A DNA stretch of 46,572 nt. It comes from Candidatus Saganbacteria bacterium. GTDB lineage: Bacteria; Margulisbacteria; WOR-1; O2-12-FULL-45-9; XYB2-FULL-48-7. The stretch is taken from the NCBI GenBank assembly GCA_016939335.1, contig JAFGHC010000037.1:1-46572 (forward strand), read 5' to 3'. The notes beneath the pieces are model-generated. The model saw only the letters and a program-made list of their open reading frames with translations. It was not told the origin of the DNA and searched no databases. Of the stretch, positions 8,782 to 18,582 are shown one piece after another. A program made the translations under genes and the position numbers. Each line of letters starts with the position of its first letter. Position 1 is the stretch's first letter.

Positions 8782-11706
8782 TTATGACTTCTTCTCTTTT
8801 ATTCGATCGTATTTTCCTTCCTCAACCAGTTCCCATCCTTTTTTCAACTTTAACTGTCCTTTGATATATGCGCGGACCTTCTGTTTTGTGCCCTCATCGA
8901 TCTCGACGCCGTTTTCCTTGATGCTATCCCAATAGATTCGGGCTCCATTGCTGGACTCATAAGCGACCTTGATCCTTTCTTTGGCCAGATTGACCAGGGC
9001 CGGGCTAAGCGCCGCTTTTTTCTCGCCGCCGCCGGTGCCTTTGGCTTTGGTCGCCGGTTGGGCGGCTTCGGCCGCTTTGGTCTCGCCCTTAATCGTTTCC
9101 ACCATTTCTTTTTGCAGTCTCTTGATAATGGCTTCAATCTCTTTATTGGCGGCTTTGGCGGTTTTGTCCTTACCGGCAATCCTGGTAGAGGAGATGGCCT
9201 GGTTGGCATCACTCATACCTTTCTTGGCTCTTTCGCGGTATTCGATGGCCTTCTGTTTGTCGCCGGCCTCCGCTTCGCCGGTGGCCGCTTTCTTGTAAGC
9301 TTCCTTGTAGTCGGCGAAGGCGGCTTCGCGTTCCGGGTTGGTCTTGGCCTGTTCCAGCTTCACTTCCGCCCGGTACATGTAGGCGGCGGCAAGCTCAAGG
9401 GCCGAGTACTTGGCCGGTTCTTTGATCGCCGCGTCCATCGGGGCGGTCTCTTTCAGGCGTTCGCTGGCGAGGACAAATTTGGCCTCCGCCTTGGTCAGGG
9501 AAACGGAAGAGACGTTACCGGCCCTGTCAGTTTTCGTCCAGGCGATCTTGCTCCCATCAGGGATGGCATTAATTATGGTGTAAGCCAGGTCTTTTTCCGA
9601 CTGTTTTTCTGACTTGGCCAGTTCCAGGGCCAGCTGGAACTTGTAGGCATAAACGTTCCCCTTCAGGCCGGTCTTGACCTCGCTGTCCAGCCCATCAGCC
9701 AGTTTTTCACAACTGTTGTATTCATCGATCAGGCTGACCAGGGTCTTATTATCGATCGCCAGCTTCAGGGCGGTCTGCAGGGATTCCTTGAGGATCTCCA
9801 GGGCCTGGGTTGAACCCTTTAATTCGGAATAATTCTTTTTGTATATCTCAAGCGCTTCGGTTGGCTTCTTGGCTAACTGGAGTTTCGAGAGCAACTCGCG
9901 CTGTTTCTGGTCATCGGCCTTTTCGCTCTTTTCTCCTTTGCTTTCCTCGCTCTTCACCTTCGCTTCCTTGACCCACTCGCCGAAGTCCTCGGCGCTGGTC
10001 TCGGGTTTGCGGGGCTTGAAGGGAGCGATTTTGCCCTGGTTGACCAGGCTCTTCAGCTCCGGCACATGGAAGACCGCGTAATTGCCGGTCATGCTGGCCA
10101 TAGCCGAGCGGAAAGTGAAGACGCCGACCTCGTCGGCCGAGGTGACCGCGCCGCGCTTGATCTGGGCGGTCAGCAGGGCGAACAAGTCGGCCTGCATCAG
10201 CGCCTTGAGGGCGGACAATTTACCGCCGATCTCGTTCTCGGAGAGGCCGGCGAGTCCGTCGAAATTCGCCAGGCCGGCGCGGGCGGCGGCGGTCAGTTCG
10301 CCAATCTTGGCGTCGATGCCGTTAAAGTCGAGGTCGACCAGGTACATCGAGCGATAGAGTTTGGCGGCATCGGCCAGCGAGATCTTGGCGTGGTCGGCAA
10401 ATGATCTCATGACCTTGACCGCTTCCCTCAATTCGTTTAGATCGAGATAACTGTCGCCGCCGGAGAGTCCGGCTCTCATATAGTTGTCGATCGCCCGGAA
10501 CAGGTCGCCGCCTTTCCCTTCCAGGTCAAAAGCTTTGGCCTCCTCTTTGCTGATCCGTCCGTCGTTCAGGGCGGTCCAAAGCCGATTGACCAAGTTCCCG
10601 TCTTTGACAATATCGGGATTGAGCGTCAGGATCAGATCGGCCGCTTCTTTTTGTTCCTTACTTAAACCATCAGGATAGCGGATGGTAATGGCTGGTTTCG
10701 GCTCGCTGACGGCCTTGCTGTTAACATCAATTACCACTGTTTCAAACCTGGGGTCGGGCACCCCCTCGGTCCGGCGCATCGTCAAAACCCCGTTTTTCTC
10801 TTCGATATAAAAATCGCTCCCCGGCAGCCCTTTATTCGCCTTGATCTGCCAGGGACCGGCGCCGTCGCGCTTGATCAGGACGACATAGGTGTTGACCCCC
10901 TTATGCATCTTGAAACTGATCAGTTTCTGGTTGTAGTCCAGGCGGACGTAACCGAGCAAAGGTTGAAGCCGCTCCGGGTCGACCGCCGAGGCATCTTCTT
11001 TAATAAGTTCAATCAGCCGCTGCCCGATCAGCTCTTTGAGGCGCTCGTTATTTTTGACGTACCCTTTTTCTTCCAGCGCCAGCAGGTCGGGGAAATCGGC
11101 CCCCGCGATCTTCTTGGCAGTTTCCCGGACCAGCCGGTCGTTGTCTGCCGATCTTTTGACCGTTTCACCGGCCGCCTTGGTCGATTCAACGATCTCATTG
11201 TATTCCGGCCTTAGCTTAATGACTGTCCCCAGCATGACTTGGTAAGCGCGGTCGGCCTCTTCGAATTTAGCCTTGGTTTCCGCGCTTGGTTTTTCCGCGT
11301 ATTCTGCCGCGCTCTTTTTCAGGTTGGACAAGGCGTCATTGGCTTCCTTGGAGTAGCAGGCGGCTTCATCTTTCCCGAGGGCCCCGAAAATGGCGCTGAT
11401 CAAGTCTTCGCCGGTCAGCGTTTCGGAGACCTTTGCCAGGATCGCCTTGAGCTGTTCCGCCGAAATGTTTTTGAGCGCTTTTTTCACTTCCGCTAGATTG
11501 TAGCGCTGGCTGCCGTTGTTCAGTATGGAGTAAAGTTTGTTGAAGATGACCTTAGCCTTTTCCCGATCCTTGGGTTCGCCCAGTCTGGAAATGTCGATGT
11601 CGATCTCGAGCTTTGTCTTGAGCAGGTCACGGCTGCCCGAAGTTGACTTCAGGCTTATTTGCGTCAGCGCCGCATCCAATTTCAAGGAATTCGCTCCTTC
11701 CACCAT
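8782..11706 (-). CDS. Large helical hypothetical protein (974 aa), possible EF-hand-like and TPR-like segments
   Basis: Long ORF with strong RBS GAGGAGGAG upstream of the ATG. Confidence 0.9.
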   Translation of the reverse strand: MVEGANSLKLDAALTQISLKSTSGSRDLLKTKLEIDIDISRLGEPKDREKAKVIFNKLYSILNNGSQRYNLAEVKKALKNISAEQLKAILAKVSETLTGEDLISAIFGALGKDEAACYSKEANDALSNLKKSAAEYAEKPSAETKAKFEEADRAYQVMLGTVIKLRPEYNEIVESTKAAGETVKRSADNDRLVRETAKKIAGADFPDLLALEEKGYVKNNERLKELIGQRLIELIKEDASAVDPERLQPLLGYVRLDYNQKLISFKMHKGVNTYVVLIKRDGAGPWQIKANKGLPGSDFYIEEKNGVLTMRRTEGVPDPRFETVVIDVNSKAVSEPKPAITIRYPDGLSKEQKEAADLILTLNPDIVKDGNLVNRLWTALNDGRISKEEAKAFDLEGKGGDLFRAIDNYMRAGLSGGDSYLDLNELREAVKVMRSFADHAKISLADAAKLYRSMYLVDLDFNGIDAKIGELTAAARAGLANFDGLAGLSENEIGGKLSALKALMQADLFALLTAQIKRGAVTSADEVGVFTFRSAMASMTGNYAVFHVPELKSLVNQGKIAPFKPRKPETSAEDFGEWVKEAKVKSEESKGEKSEKADDQKQRELLSKLQLAKKPTEALEIYKKNYSELKGSTQALEILKESLQTALKLAIDNKTLVSLIDEYNSCEKLADGLDSEVKTGLKGNVYAYKFQLALELAKSEKQSEKDLAYTIINAIPDGSKIAWTKTDRAGNVSSVSLTKAEAKFVLASERLKETAPMDAAIKEPAKYSALELAAAYMYRAEVKLEQAKTNPEREAAFADYKEAYKKAATGEAEAGDKQKAIEYRERAKKGMSDANQAISSTRIAGKDKTAKAANKEIEAIIKRLQKEMVETIKGETKAAEAAQPATKAKGTGGGEKKAALSPALVNLAKERIKVAYESSNGARIYWDSIKENGVEIDEGTKQKVRAYIKGQLKLKKGWELVEEGKYDRIKEKKS

Positions 11707-11862
11707 AAATTTTTCTCCTCCTCAATTATCCCGACTTCGCTCGCTATAAACAAAAAGCCAAGAATCCCGAACAGACACGCTGCCTGTTCTTGATCCTTGG
11801 CCTCTAAAACAAACCCCCGGAAACAGGCAATCCGGTAATCTGTTAATCTGCTTTCACTAATA

Positions 11863-11889
11863 TTATCGGGCCAACCCCCGAAAAACTTG
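11863..11889 (-). promoter_or_regulatory. Putative sigma28 (FliA/SigD/WhiG)-type promoter
   Basis: CAAG-N15-CCCGATAA vs consensus TAAA-N15-GCCGATAA. Confidence 0.5.
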
Positions 11890-11899
11890 CATGCTTTTT

Positions 11900-11995
11900 T
11901 TACTTCCCGAATGCCCGAATTAATGCTCGAATTTCCGAACATAACTTCTCGAATATTCGTGTATTCGTGCCCAAATTCGAGCATTAGGGAAGTAA
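11900..11995. repeat. Imperfect inverted repeat built from CGAAT-containing short units
   Basis: ttacttcccgaatgcccgaatt... pairs with ...aattcgagcattagggaagtaa. Confidence 0.75.
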
Positions 11996-11997
11996 TC

Positions 11998-12006
11998 TGC
12001 TATAAT
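11998..12006 (+). promoter_or_regulatory. Extended -10 promoter (probable leaderless ycaO mRNA)
   Basis: TGCTATAAT 7 nt before ATG 12014; no SD. Confidence 0.6.
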
Positions 12007-12013
12007 GCCTGCC

Positions 12014-13447
12014 ATGAGCGGATTCCGGTTAAAAAGCTGTCCCAAGGGGTACACCGTCGACCAGGACAAAACGGTCGCCCCGACCGAAACGGTCAAAAAC
12101 GCCCTCGAACGGCTCAAAAAGCGGTTTGACCTTTCGGGCCTCAAGATCGAACGCCGGGCCGACGCGATCGAGGGGGCCTATTCGTTCTCCAGCATCAGCG
12201 ACCAGCTGACCGCCAGCGGTAAAGGGCTGACCCCCGAGCAATCGCAGGCCAGCGCCATCATGGAGTTCGCCGAGCGCTATTCCTGGCTCCATTTCGACTG
12301 TGAAAAATACGAGGGTTATACGGTCAAAAAGCACAGCGAAATAGTGCAGGGCAAGGTGCCGACCGTTCAGCCCGGCTACTTCCTCAATAACTTCGTCGAC
12401 CTCCGGGAACCGGAAAAGCTGACGGAAGAGATCGTCGGGATTCCCCTGAAGTGGATCAAGGCGCTGTCGCTCAACGACTACAGCGAGTTTTACTACCTAA
12501 TCAACTGGCACAATTACATCTTCACCTCGAACGGCCTGGCGACCGGCAACGCCATGGAAGAGGCGATCATCCAGGCCCTTTGCGAGCTGATCGAGCGGGA
12601 GAATATCACCCGCCTCCTGCGCGACAAGCGGGTGGGGAACAACGTCGACCAGGCCAGCATAACTAACCCGCTAATCAGGAAAGTACTCGACAACGCGGCG
12701 GCTGACGGCATCAGTTTTGTGATCAAGGACATCTCCTTCGATTTCGGCGTGCCGACTTTTCTGGTTTACGGGACGAGAGAGGCGAGCAAGGGCAAACTGA
12801 CCTACAAGGGGGCCGGGCAGGGAGCGCACCCCAATCCGGAAAAGGCCCTGATCCGCGCTCTCTCGGAATACTTCGAGAGCTATTCGCTAATGAAGCGGAT
12901 CGATGACGAGGTCCGGATGGATTGGCGGCGGATCGTTCTCCGGATGCCGCGCAAGCATTACGGCTTCCTGGTTACCCTGAACCCGGAGATGATCGAGGAA
13001 AAACGGAACAAGGTCGTCAAGCTCTCCGAACTGCGCGACTGGAGCCGGCCGGACATCAAGGATGAGATCGAAGCGATCATGGGAAAACTGGCCAGGTTCG
13101 GCCACCGGGTTTTCTTCGTCGACAAGACCCATCCGGAGCTGCAGATACCGGTCTGCCGCCTGTTCATTCCAGACTTCCGCACCGTGATCGTCGCGGAACT
13201 CGAGGACCTCTGGTTCATTTTAAGCGAGGTCTATTTTGAGGCCGGCAACGAGGAGGCTTCCGTCAAATATTTCAAGAAATCACTCCTTAAACAGTCTTTC
13301 CATCTGAACCAGATGGTTCTGGCCAAACCCCGGCTGATGTTCCGGGAGAACTACAAAGAGACTTTGCTGGCCGCGGGCGTGTTCAAGAGGGACGCTTACG
13401 AGATGCTGAGAAAAATGGTGCGGGAGATACCAGCGCTCAAACTGTGA
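12014..13447 (+). CDS. ycaO: YcaO-family protein with a C-terminal TPR-like extension
   Basis: GKG...QSQASAIMEFAERYS and SNGLATGN..EEAIIQALCELIERE ATP-binding motifs; alternative start at 12005. Confidence 0.9.
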   Translation: MSGFRLKSCPKGYTVDQDKTVAPTETVKNALERLKKRFDLSGLKIERRADAIEGAYSFSSISDQLTASGKGLTPEQSQASAIMEFAERYSWLHFDCEKYEGYTVKKHSEIVQGKVPTVQPGYFLNNFVDLREPEKLTEEIVGIPLKWIKALSLNDYSEFYYLINWHNYIFTSNGLATGNAMEEAIIQALCELIERENITRLLRDKRVGNNVDQASITNPLIRKVLDNAAADGISFVIKDISFDFGVPTFLVYGTREASKGKLTYKGAGQGAHPNPEKALIRALSEYFESYSLMKRIDDEVRMDWRRIVLRMPRKHYGFLVTLNPEMIEEKRNKVVKLSELRDWSRPDIKDEIEAIMGKLARFGHRVFFVDKTHPELQIPVCRLFIPDFRTVIVAELEDLWFILSEVYFEAGNEEASVKYFKKSLLKQSFHLNQMVLAKPRLMFRENYKETLLAAGVFKRDAYEMLRKMVREIPALKL

Positions 13448-14144
13448 GATCTTCGGGCTTGATCTTGCCTTCGTAAAGCGCTTTGCCGACGATACAGCCT
13501 TCGACGCCGAGCTCTTTGAGCTTGAGGATATCTTCTTTCGACGAAATGCCGCCCGAGGCGATCACTGCCACGCCGGTCGCTGCGGCAAAGGCCCTGATCC
13601 CCTCGAAATTGGGCCCGGCCAGCATGCCGTCGCGGCTGATCTCGGTGTAGATGAAGCGGCGCACGCCGAGGCCGATCGCTTCTTTGGCCAGGGTCAGGAC
13701 GTCCTTTTTGCTGACGTACATCCAGCCCTCGGCCGCCGCGAAGTTCCCCTTGGCGTCGATCGCCACGGCGATCCGGTCGTCGAATTTCTCGCAGACGCTC
13801 GAGAGCAGGTTGGGGTTCTTGATGGCGGTCGTCCCCAGGATGATCCGGTCGGCGCCGTAGCCGAGCAGCTCGGAGATCGTCGTGAAGTTCCTGATCCCGC
13901 CGCCGGCCTGGACCGGGAGGCCGGCCTCCTTGATGATCGTTTTGATCAGGGCGATGTTCTCCGGCGTGCCGGTGCGCGCCCCGTCGAGATCGACGACGTG
14001 CAGCCGCCGCGCCCCGGCGGCGGCCCATTGCCGGGCCACGTCGACCGGGTCGGGCGAATAAATTATGGGCGACTCGTAGCGCCCCTGCTTGAGCCGCACG
14101 CACTTGCCGCCGAGGATATCGATCGCCGGGATTACTTCAAACAT
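13437..14144 (-). CDS. hisA: ProFAR isomerase HisA
   Basis: VIPAIDILGGKCVRLKQG, LHVVDLDGA, GGGIR, RDGMLAGPN, VIASGG. Confidence 0.97.
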   Translation of the reverse strand: MFEVIPAIDILGGKCVRLKQGRYESPIIYSPDPVDVARQWAAAGARRLHVVDLDGARTGTPENIALIKTIIKEAGLPVQAGGGIRNFTTISELLGYGADRIILGTTAIKNPNLLSSVCEKFDDRIAVAIDAKGNFAAAEGWMYVSKKDVLTLAKEAIGLGVRRFIYTEISRDGMLAGPNFEGIRAFAAATGVAVIASGGISSKEDILKLKELGVEGCIVGKALYEGKIKPEDLTV

Positions 14145-14758
14145 AATTTCCCAAAGTTTTTGAGGACCTTAAGTCCCGCGGCACCGCTTTTTTCCGGATG
14201 GAACTGGATGCCGTAAATATTGTCTTTCCAGACCGCCGAGACGAATTCTAGCCCATAATCGGTCCTGGTTGCAACTACCGGTTCGTCTTTCGGGATGACA
14301 TAATAGGAATGGGCAAAATAGAACGTGGTCCCATCCTCGAGCCCGTCAAGGATCGGGGCCTGGCGTTTGATCAGGAGACGGTTCCAGCCCATATGGGGAA
14401 CGCTCTGGCCCGACCAGGGAGTGCCGGCGAAATCGAACTTTTTGACCGCGCCCGGCAGGATCGCCAGCCCCTTTTCTTTGCCTTCTTCCGACGCTTCAAA
14501 TAAGTGCTGCAGGCCGAGGCAGATGCCGAGGAAAGGCTTGCCCAGGGCGATGGCTTCTTCGATCACCCCTTCGAGGGAGAGGGCGCGCAGCTCCTTGATC
14601 GCGGAGTCAAAAGAACCGACGCCGGGCAGGATCAGGCCGCTGGCCCCCCGGATGGTGTTTTTGTCCCGGGTGATCTCGGCCGCCACGCCGGCCGCCTCGC
14701 AGGCTTTCTCGACGCTGCGCAGGTTCCCTGCGCCGTAGTTTATGATGGCTAAAGACAT
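14132..14758 (-). CDS. hisH: Imidazole glycerol phosphate synthase glutaminase subunit
   Basis: YGAGNLRSV, LPGVG, GICLG, PHMGWN, QFHPEKS. Confidence 0.97.
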   Translation of the reverse strand: MSLAIINYGAGNLRSVEKACEAAGVAAEITRDKNTIRGASGLILPGVGSFDSAIKELRALSLEGVIEEAIALGKPFLGICLGLQHLFEASEEGKEKGLAILPGAVKKFDFAGTPWSGQSVPHMGWNRLLIKRQAPILDGLEDGTTFYFAHSYYVIPKDEPVVATRTDYGLEFVSAVWKDNIYGIQFHPEKSGAAGLKVLKNFGKLCLK

Positions 14759-15220
14759 CCGGGCACCTCATCCGCTGATGCTAAACCGGCCTCCTTCCCC
14801 ATCTTCGATGGAGAAGGGAGAGACAATTTTATTAGTTCCAAAGCTTTGCTTATGTTTTTCATGACCATGTCATTATTGAATCTCATGACTTTTATCCCGT
14901 TGGCCTCGATTATCTGCTGGCGTTCCGAATCATAACCCTTTTGTCGTTTATGAATAGGGCCGTCTAATTCTATAGCAACTTTAGCTTCGGCACAATAGAA
15001 GTCCAGAATAAAGCCTTGAAAAACGTGTTGGCGACGGAATTTTCTGCCGGTCAGATGATGGTTGCGCAGGAATTTCCAAAGATGCTTTTCTGCTTCGGTT
15101 TGCTCTTTTCTCAGTTCACGGGAACGCAAGACTTTAGCGAGCTTCGCCATTTGTTTTTCCCCTCTCCATGAAATGGAGAGGGGGGGCGGTTCGTGCCAGC
15201 GGGTGAGGTGCTAAAGACAT
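14748..15220. mobile_element. DUF559 cassette with terminal inverted repeats and an 11-bp direct repeat
   Basis: gctaaagacat at 14748 and 15210; IR gcacctcatccgctg (14763) / cagcgggtgaggtgc (15197); hairpins at 14791-14820 and 15159-15183. Confidence 0.7.
14749..15150 (-). CDS. DUF559 / Vsr-like endonuclease-domain protein
   Basis: RELRKEQTEAEKHLW..LR, KFRRQH, FILDFYC, IELDGPIH, G..VMRFNN; AT-rich. Confidence 0.9.
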   Translation of the reverse strand: MAKLAKVLRSRELRKEQTEAEKHLWKFLRNHHLTGRKFRRQHVFQGFILDFYCAEAKVAIELDGPIHKRQKGYDSERQQIIEANGIKVMRFNNDMVMKNISKALELIKLSLPSPSKMGKEAGLASADEVPGCL

Positions 15221-16083
15221 AGCGCAACCGCGCCGAGGACCCCCGCTTCGTCGCCCAGTTTGGCGCGCACGATCCTGACGCTGCCCGCGGGAAGGGTGAG
15301 GGCGTATTCTTTGAACTCTTTTTTGATCGGGTTGAGCAGCAGTTCCCTCATTTTGGAAACGCCGCCGCCCAGCACGACCAGCTCGGGATTGAAAATATTG
15401 ACGAGATTGGCGATGCCGACCGCCAGGTAATGGGCCGTCCGGGCGATGACTTTCTGGGCCCTTCTGCCGCCCTGGCGGGCGGCCAGCTCGACGGAGATCG
15501 CGTCCATCCCGGCGCGCCGCCTGATGGCGGTGCCGGAGCCGAGCGCTTCCAGGCAGCCGAGGTTGCCGCAGCCGCAGCGGAAGCCCTTCGAGTCGATGAC
15601 CATGTGGCCGAACTCGCCGGCGGAGCCGATCGCGCCCCGGTAGAGTTTCCGGTCGATAATGATCCCGCCGCCGATGCCGGTCGAGATCGTTATATAAATG
15701 AAATGGCGGGCCTTTTTGCCGGCGCCGAAGTAGGCCTCGGCCAGCGCCGCGCAGTTGGCGTCGTTATCGAGGCGGACGGGGACATGAAATTCCTTTTCCA
15801 GGATCTTTTTTAAATTGACCCGCTGCCAGCCGGGGAGGTTGGGGGGTTCGATCACGACCCCTTTTTCGTAAAGGATCGGGCCGGGAACGCCGATGCCGAG
15901 GCAGGTGACTTTCTTGCGTGAGCCGCGTTTCAGGTTATAAACCGCCTTGATGATGTTATCGATGACCTGTTTCCGGCCTTTGGCCGCTTCGGTAGGGATG
16001 TTGACGTCGGTGACGATCTTGCCCTCAGGGGTCGCTAAACAAGCCGCGATCTTGGTACCGCCGAGGTCGATGCCGATTATCAT
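15211..16083 (-). CDS. ROK-family sugar kinase (glucokinase-like)
   Basis: GIDLGGT, NDAN, STGIGGG, GEFGH, CGCGNLGCLE. Confidence 0.95.
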   Translation of the reverse strand: MIIGIDLGGTKIAACLATPEGKIVTDVNIPTEAAKGRKQVIDNIIKAVYNLKRGSRKKVTCLGIGVPGPILYEKGVVIEPPNLPGWQRVNLKKILEKEFHVPVRLDNDANCAALAEAYFGAGKKARHFIYITISTGIGGGIIIDRKLYRGAIGSAGEFGHMVIDSKGFRCGCGNLGCLEALGSGTAIRRRAGMDAISVELAARQGGRRAQKVIARTAHYLAVGIANLVNIFNPELVVLGGGVSKMRELLLNPIKKEFKEYALTLPAGSVRIVRAKLGDEAGVLGAVALCL

Positions 16084-16105
16084 GGTTTAAGTATAGCATA
16101 CCAAA

Positions 16106-16235
16106 AAATCAAATAACAAATAACAAATCTCAAACAATTCCAAATTTCCAAAATCCAAACAGCCAGAACATCTAATCTAATTGTTTATTGAGATTTTGGT
16201 ATTGTTTGTTATTTGATGCTTGTTATTTGTGATTT
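16106..16235. repeat. Inverted pair of degenerate heptamer arrays (AAATAAC / GTTATTT)
   Basis: Left arm 16106-16161 is A/C-rich; right arm 16182-16235 is its complement. Confidence 0.75.
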
Positions 16236-16242
16236 ATGAGGC

Positions 16243-16272
16243 TTGACATTTTTGGGCCCGGCATGCTATTAT
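16243..16272 (+). promoter_or_regulatory. Sigma70-type groESL promoter
   Basis: TTGACA-18nt-TATTAT with TG extension. Confidence 0.7.
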
Positions 16273-16298
16273 TAGCACTCGATAGGGTGGAGTGCTAA
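16272..16298 (+). promoter_or_regulatory. CIRCE (HrcA operator)
   Basis: Perfect TTAGCACTC-N9-GAGTGCTAA. Confidence 0.97.
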
Positions 16299-16302
16299 CA
16301 AG

Positions 16303-16403
16303 AATGACGAATTACTAATGCCACTAATGACTAATTATTGTATTAAAAATAATATTCGGATAAAAAACATTAATTAGTCATTCGTCATTAGTCATTAGTA
16401 ATT
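16303..16403. repeat. Inverted heptamer arrays (AATGACK / MGTCATT) in the groES leader
   Basis: aatgacg...ctaatgactaatt pairs with aattagtcattcgtcattagtcattag. Confidence 0.75.
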
Positions 16404-16429
16404 TATAAACAAGGAGGTGAGTCTGGATT

Positions 16430-16726
16430 ATGGCAAGCAAGAAATTGATTCCGATCGGCGACCGGGTGGTCATCAAGCCCGCGCCGGAGGAGCAGAAGAC
16501 GAAATCGGGCATCGTCCTGCCCGACACCGCCAAGGAAAAACCGTCCGAAGGGACGGTGGTGGCGGTCGGCACCGGCCGGATCCTCGATAACGGACAGAAG
16601 GTCGCCATCGAGGTGAAAGTGGGCGACACGGTCATCTACAGCAAGTACGGCGGGACCGAGGTCAAGATCGATAACGAAGATTACATCATCTTGGCCGAGA
16701 GGGACATTTTAGCAACGAAAGGATAA
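16430..16726 (+). CDS. groES: Co-chaperonin GroES
   Basis: [33 protein letters not shown]. Confidence 0.98.
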   Translation: MASKKLIPIGDRVVIKPAPEEQKTKSGIVLPDTAKEKPSEGTVVAVGTGRILDNGQKVAIEVKVGDTVIYSKYGGTEVKIDNEDYIILAERDILATKG

Positions 16727-16735
16727 GGGAGGTGA

Positions 16736-18382
<1,647 letters not shown>

Positions 18383-18383
18383 G

Positions 18384-18423
18384 TCAGATCATCAGATAAT
18401 CAGATCACCAGATTATCAGAGAA
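18384..18423 (+). repeat. Five copies of a degenerate 8-mer (TCAGATNA)
   Basis: tcagatca tcagataa tcagatca ccagatta tcagagaa. Confidence 0.8.
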
Positions 18424-18431
18424 ATGATTTA

Positions 18432-18465
18432 GGTGGGCCGGGCGTAAAGCTCGGCCCACTTTTTT
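18432..18465 (+). terminator. Rho-independent terminator of groESL
   Basis: gtgggccgggc-loop-gctcggcccac followed by T6. Confidence 0.9.
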
Positions 18466-18475
18466 GAGGATTCGT

Positions 18476-18504
18476 TTGACAAGCTGGGACGCGGTTGCTA
18501 TACT
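18476..18504 (+). promoter_or_regulatory. Sigma70 promoter of the nusA-infB operon
   Basis: TTGACA-17nt-TATACT. Confidence 0.85.
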
Positions 18505-18517
18505 TTATGTGCATGAC

Positions 18518-18544
18518 AAAGTGGGGGGAAATACCCACTTTTTT
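18518..18544 (+). promoter_or_regulatory. rimP/nusA-leader-type attenuator hairpin
   Basis: aaagtggg...cccacttt plus U-tract, resembling the conserved leader of rimP-nusA operons. Confidence 0.7.
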
Positions 18545-18582
18545 GCTTTTTTAGTTAAATAAATCGCGGGGGTTTCATCGGG

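Noticed and set aside
11682..11984. 100-aa ORF as a YcaO precursor peptide
   Set aside because: It spans the inverted repeat and promoter region, with no RBS or precursor-like core.
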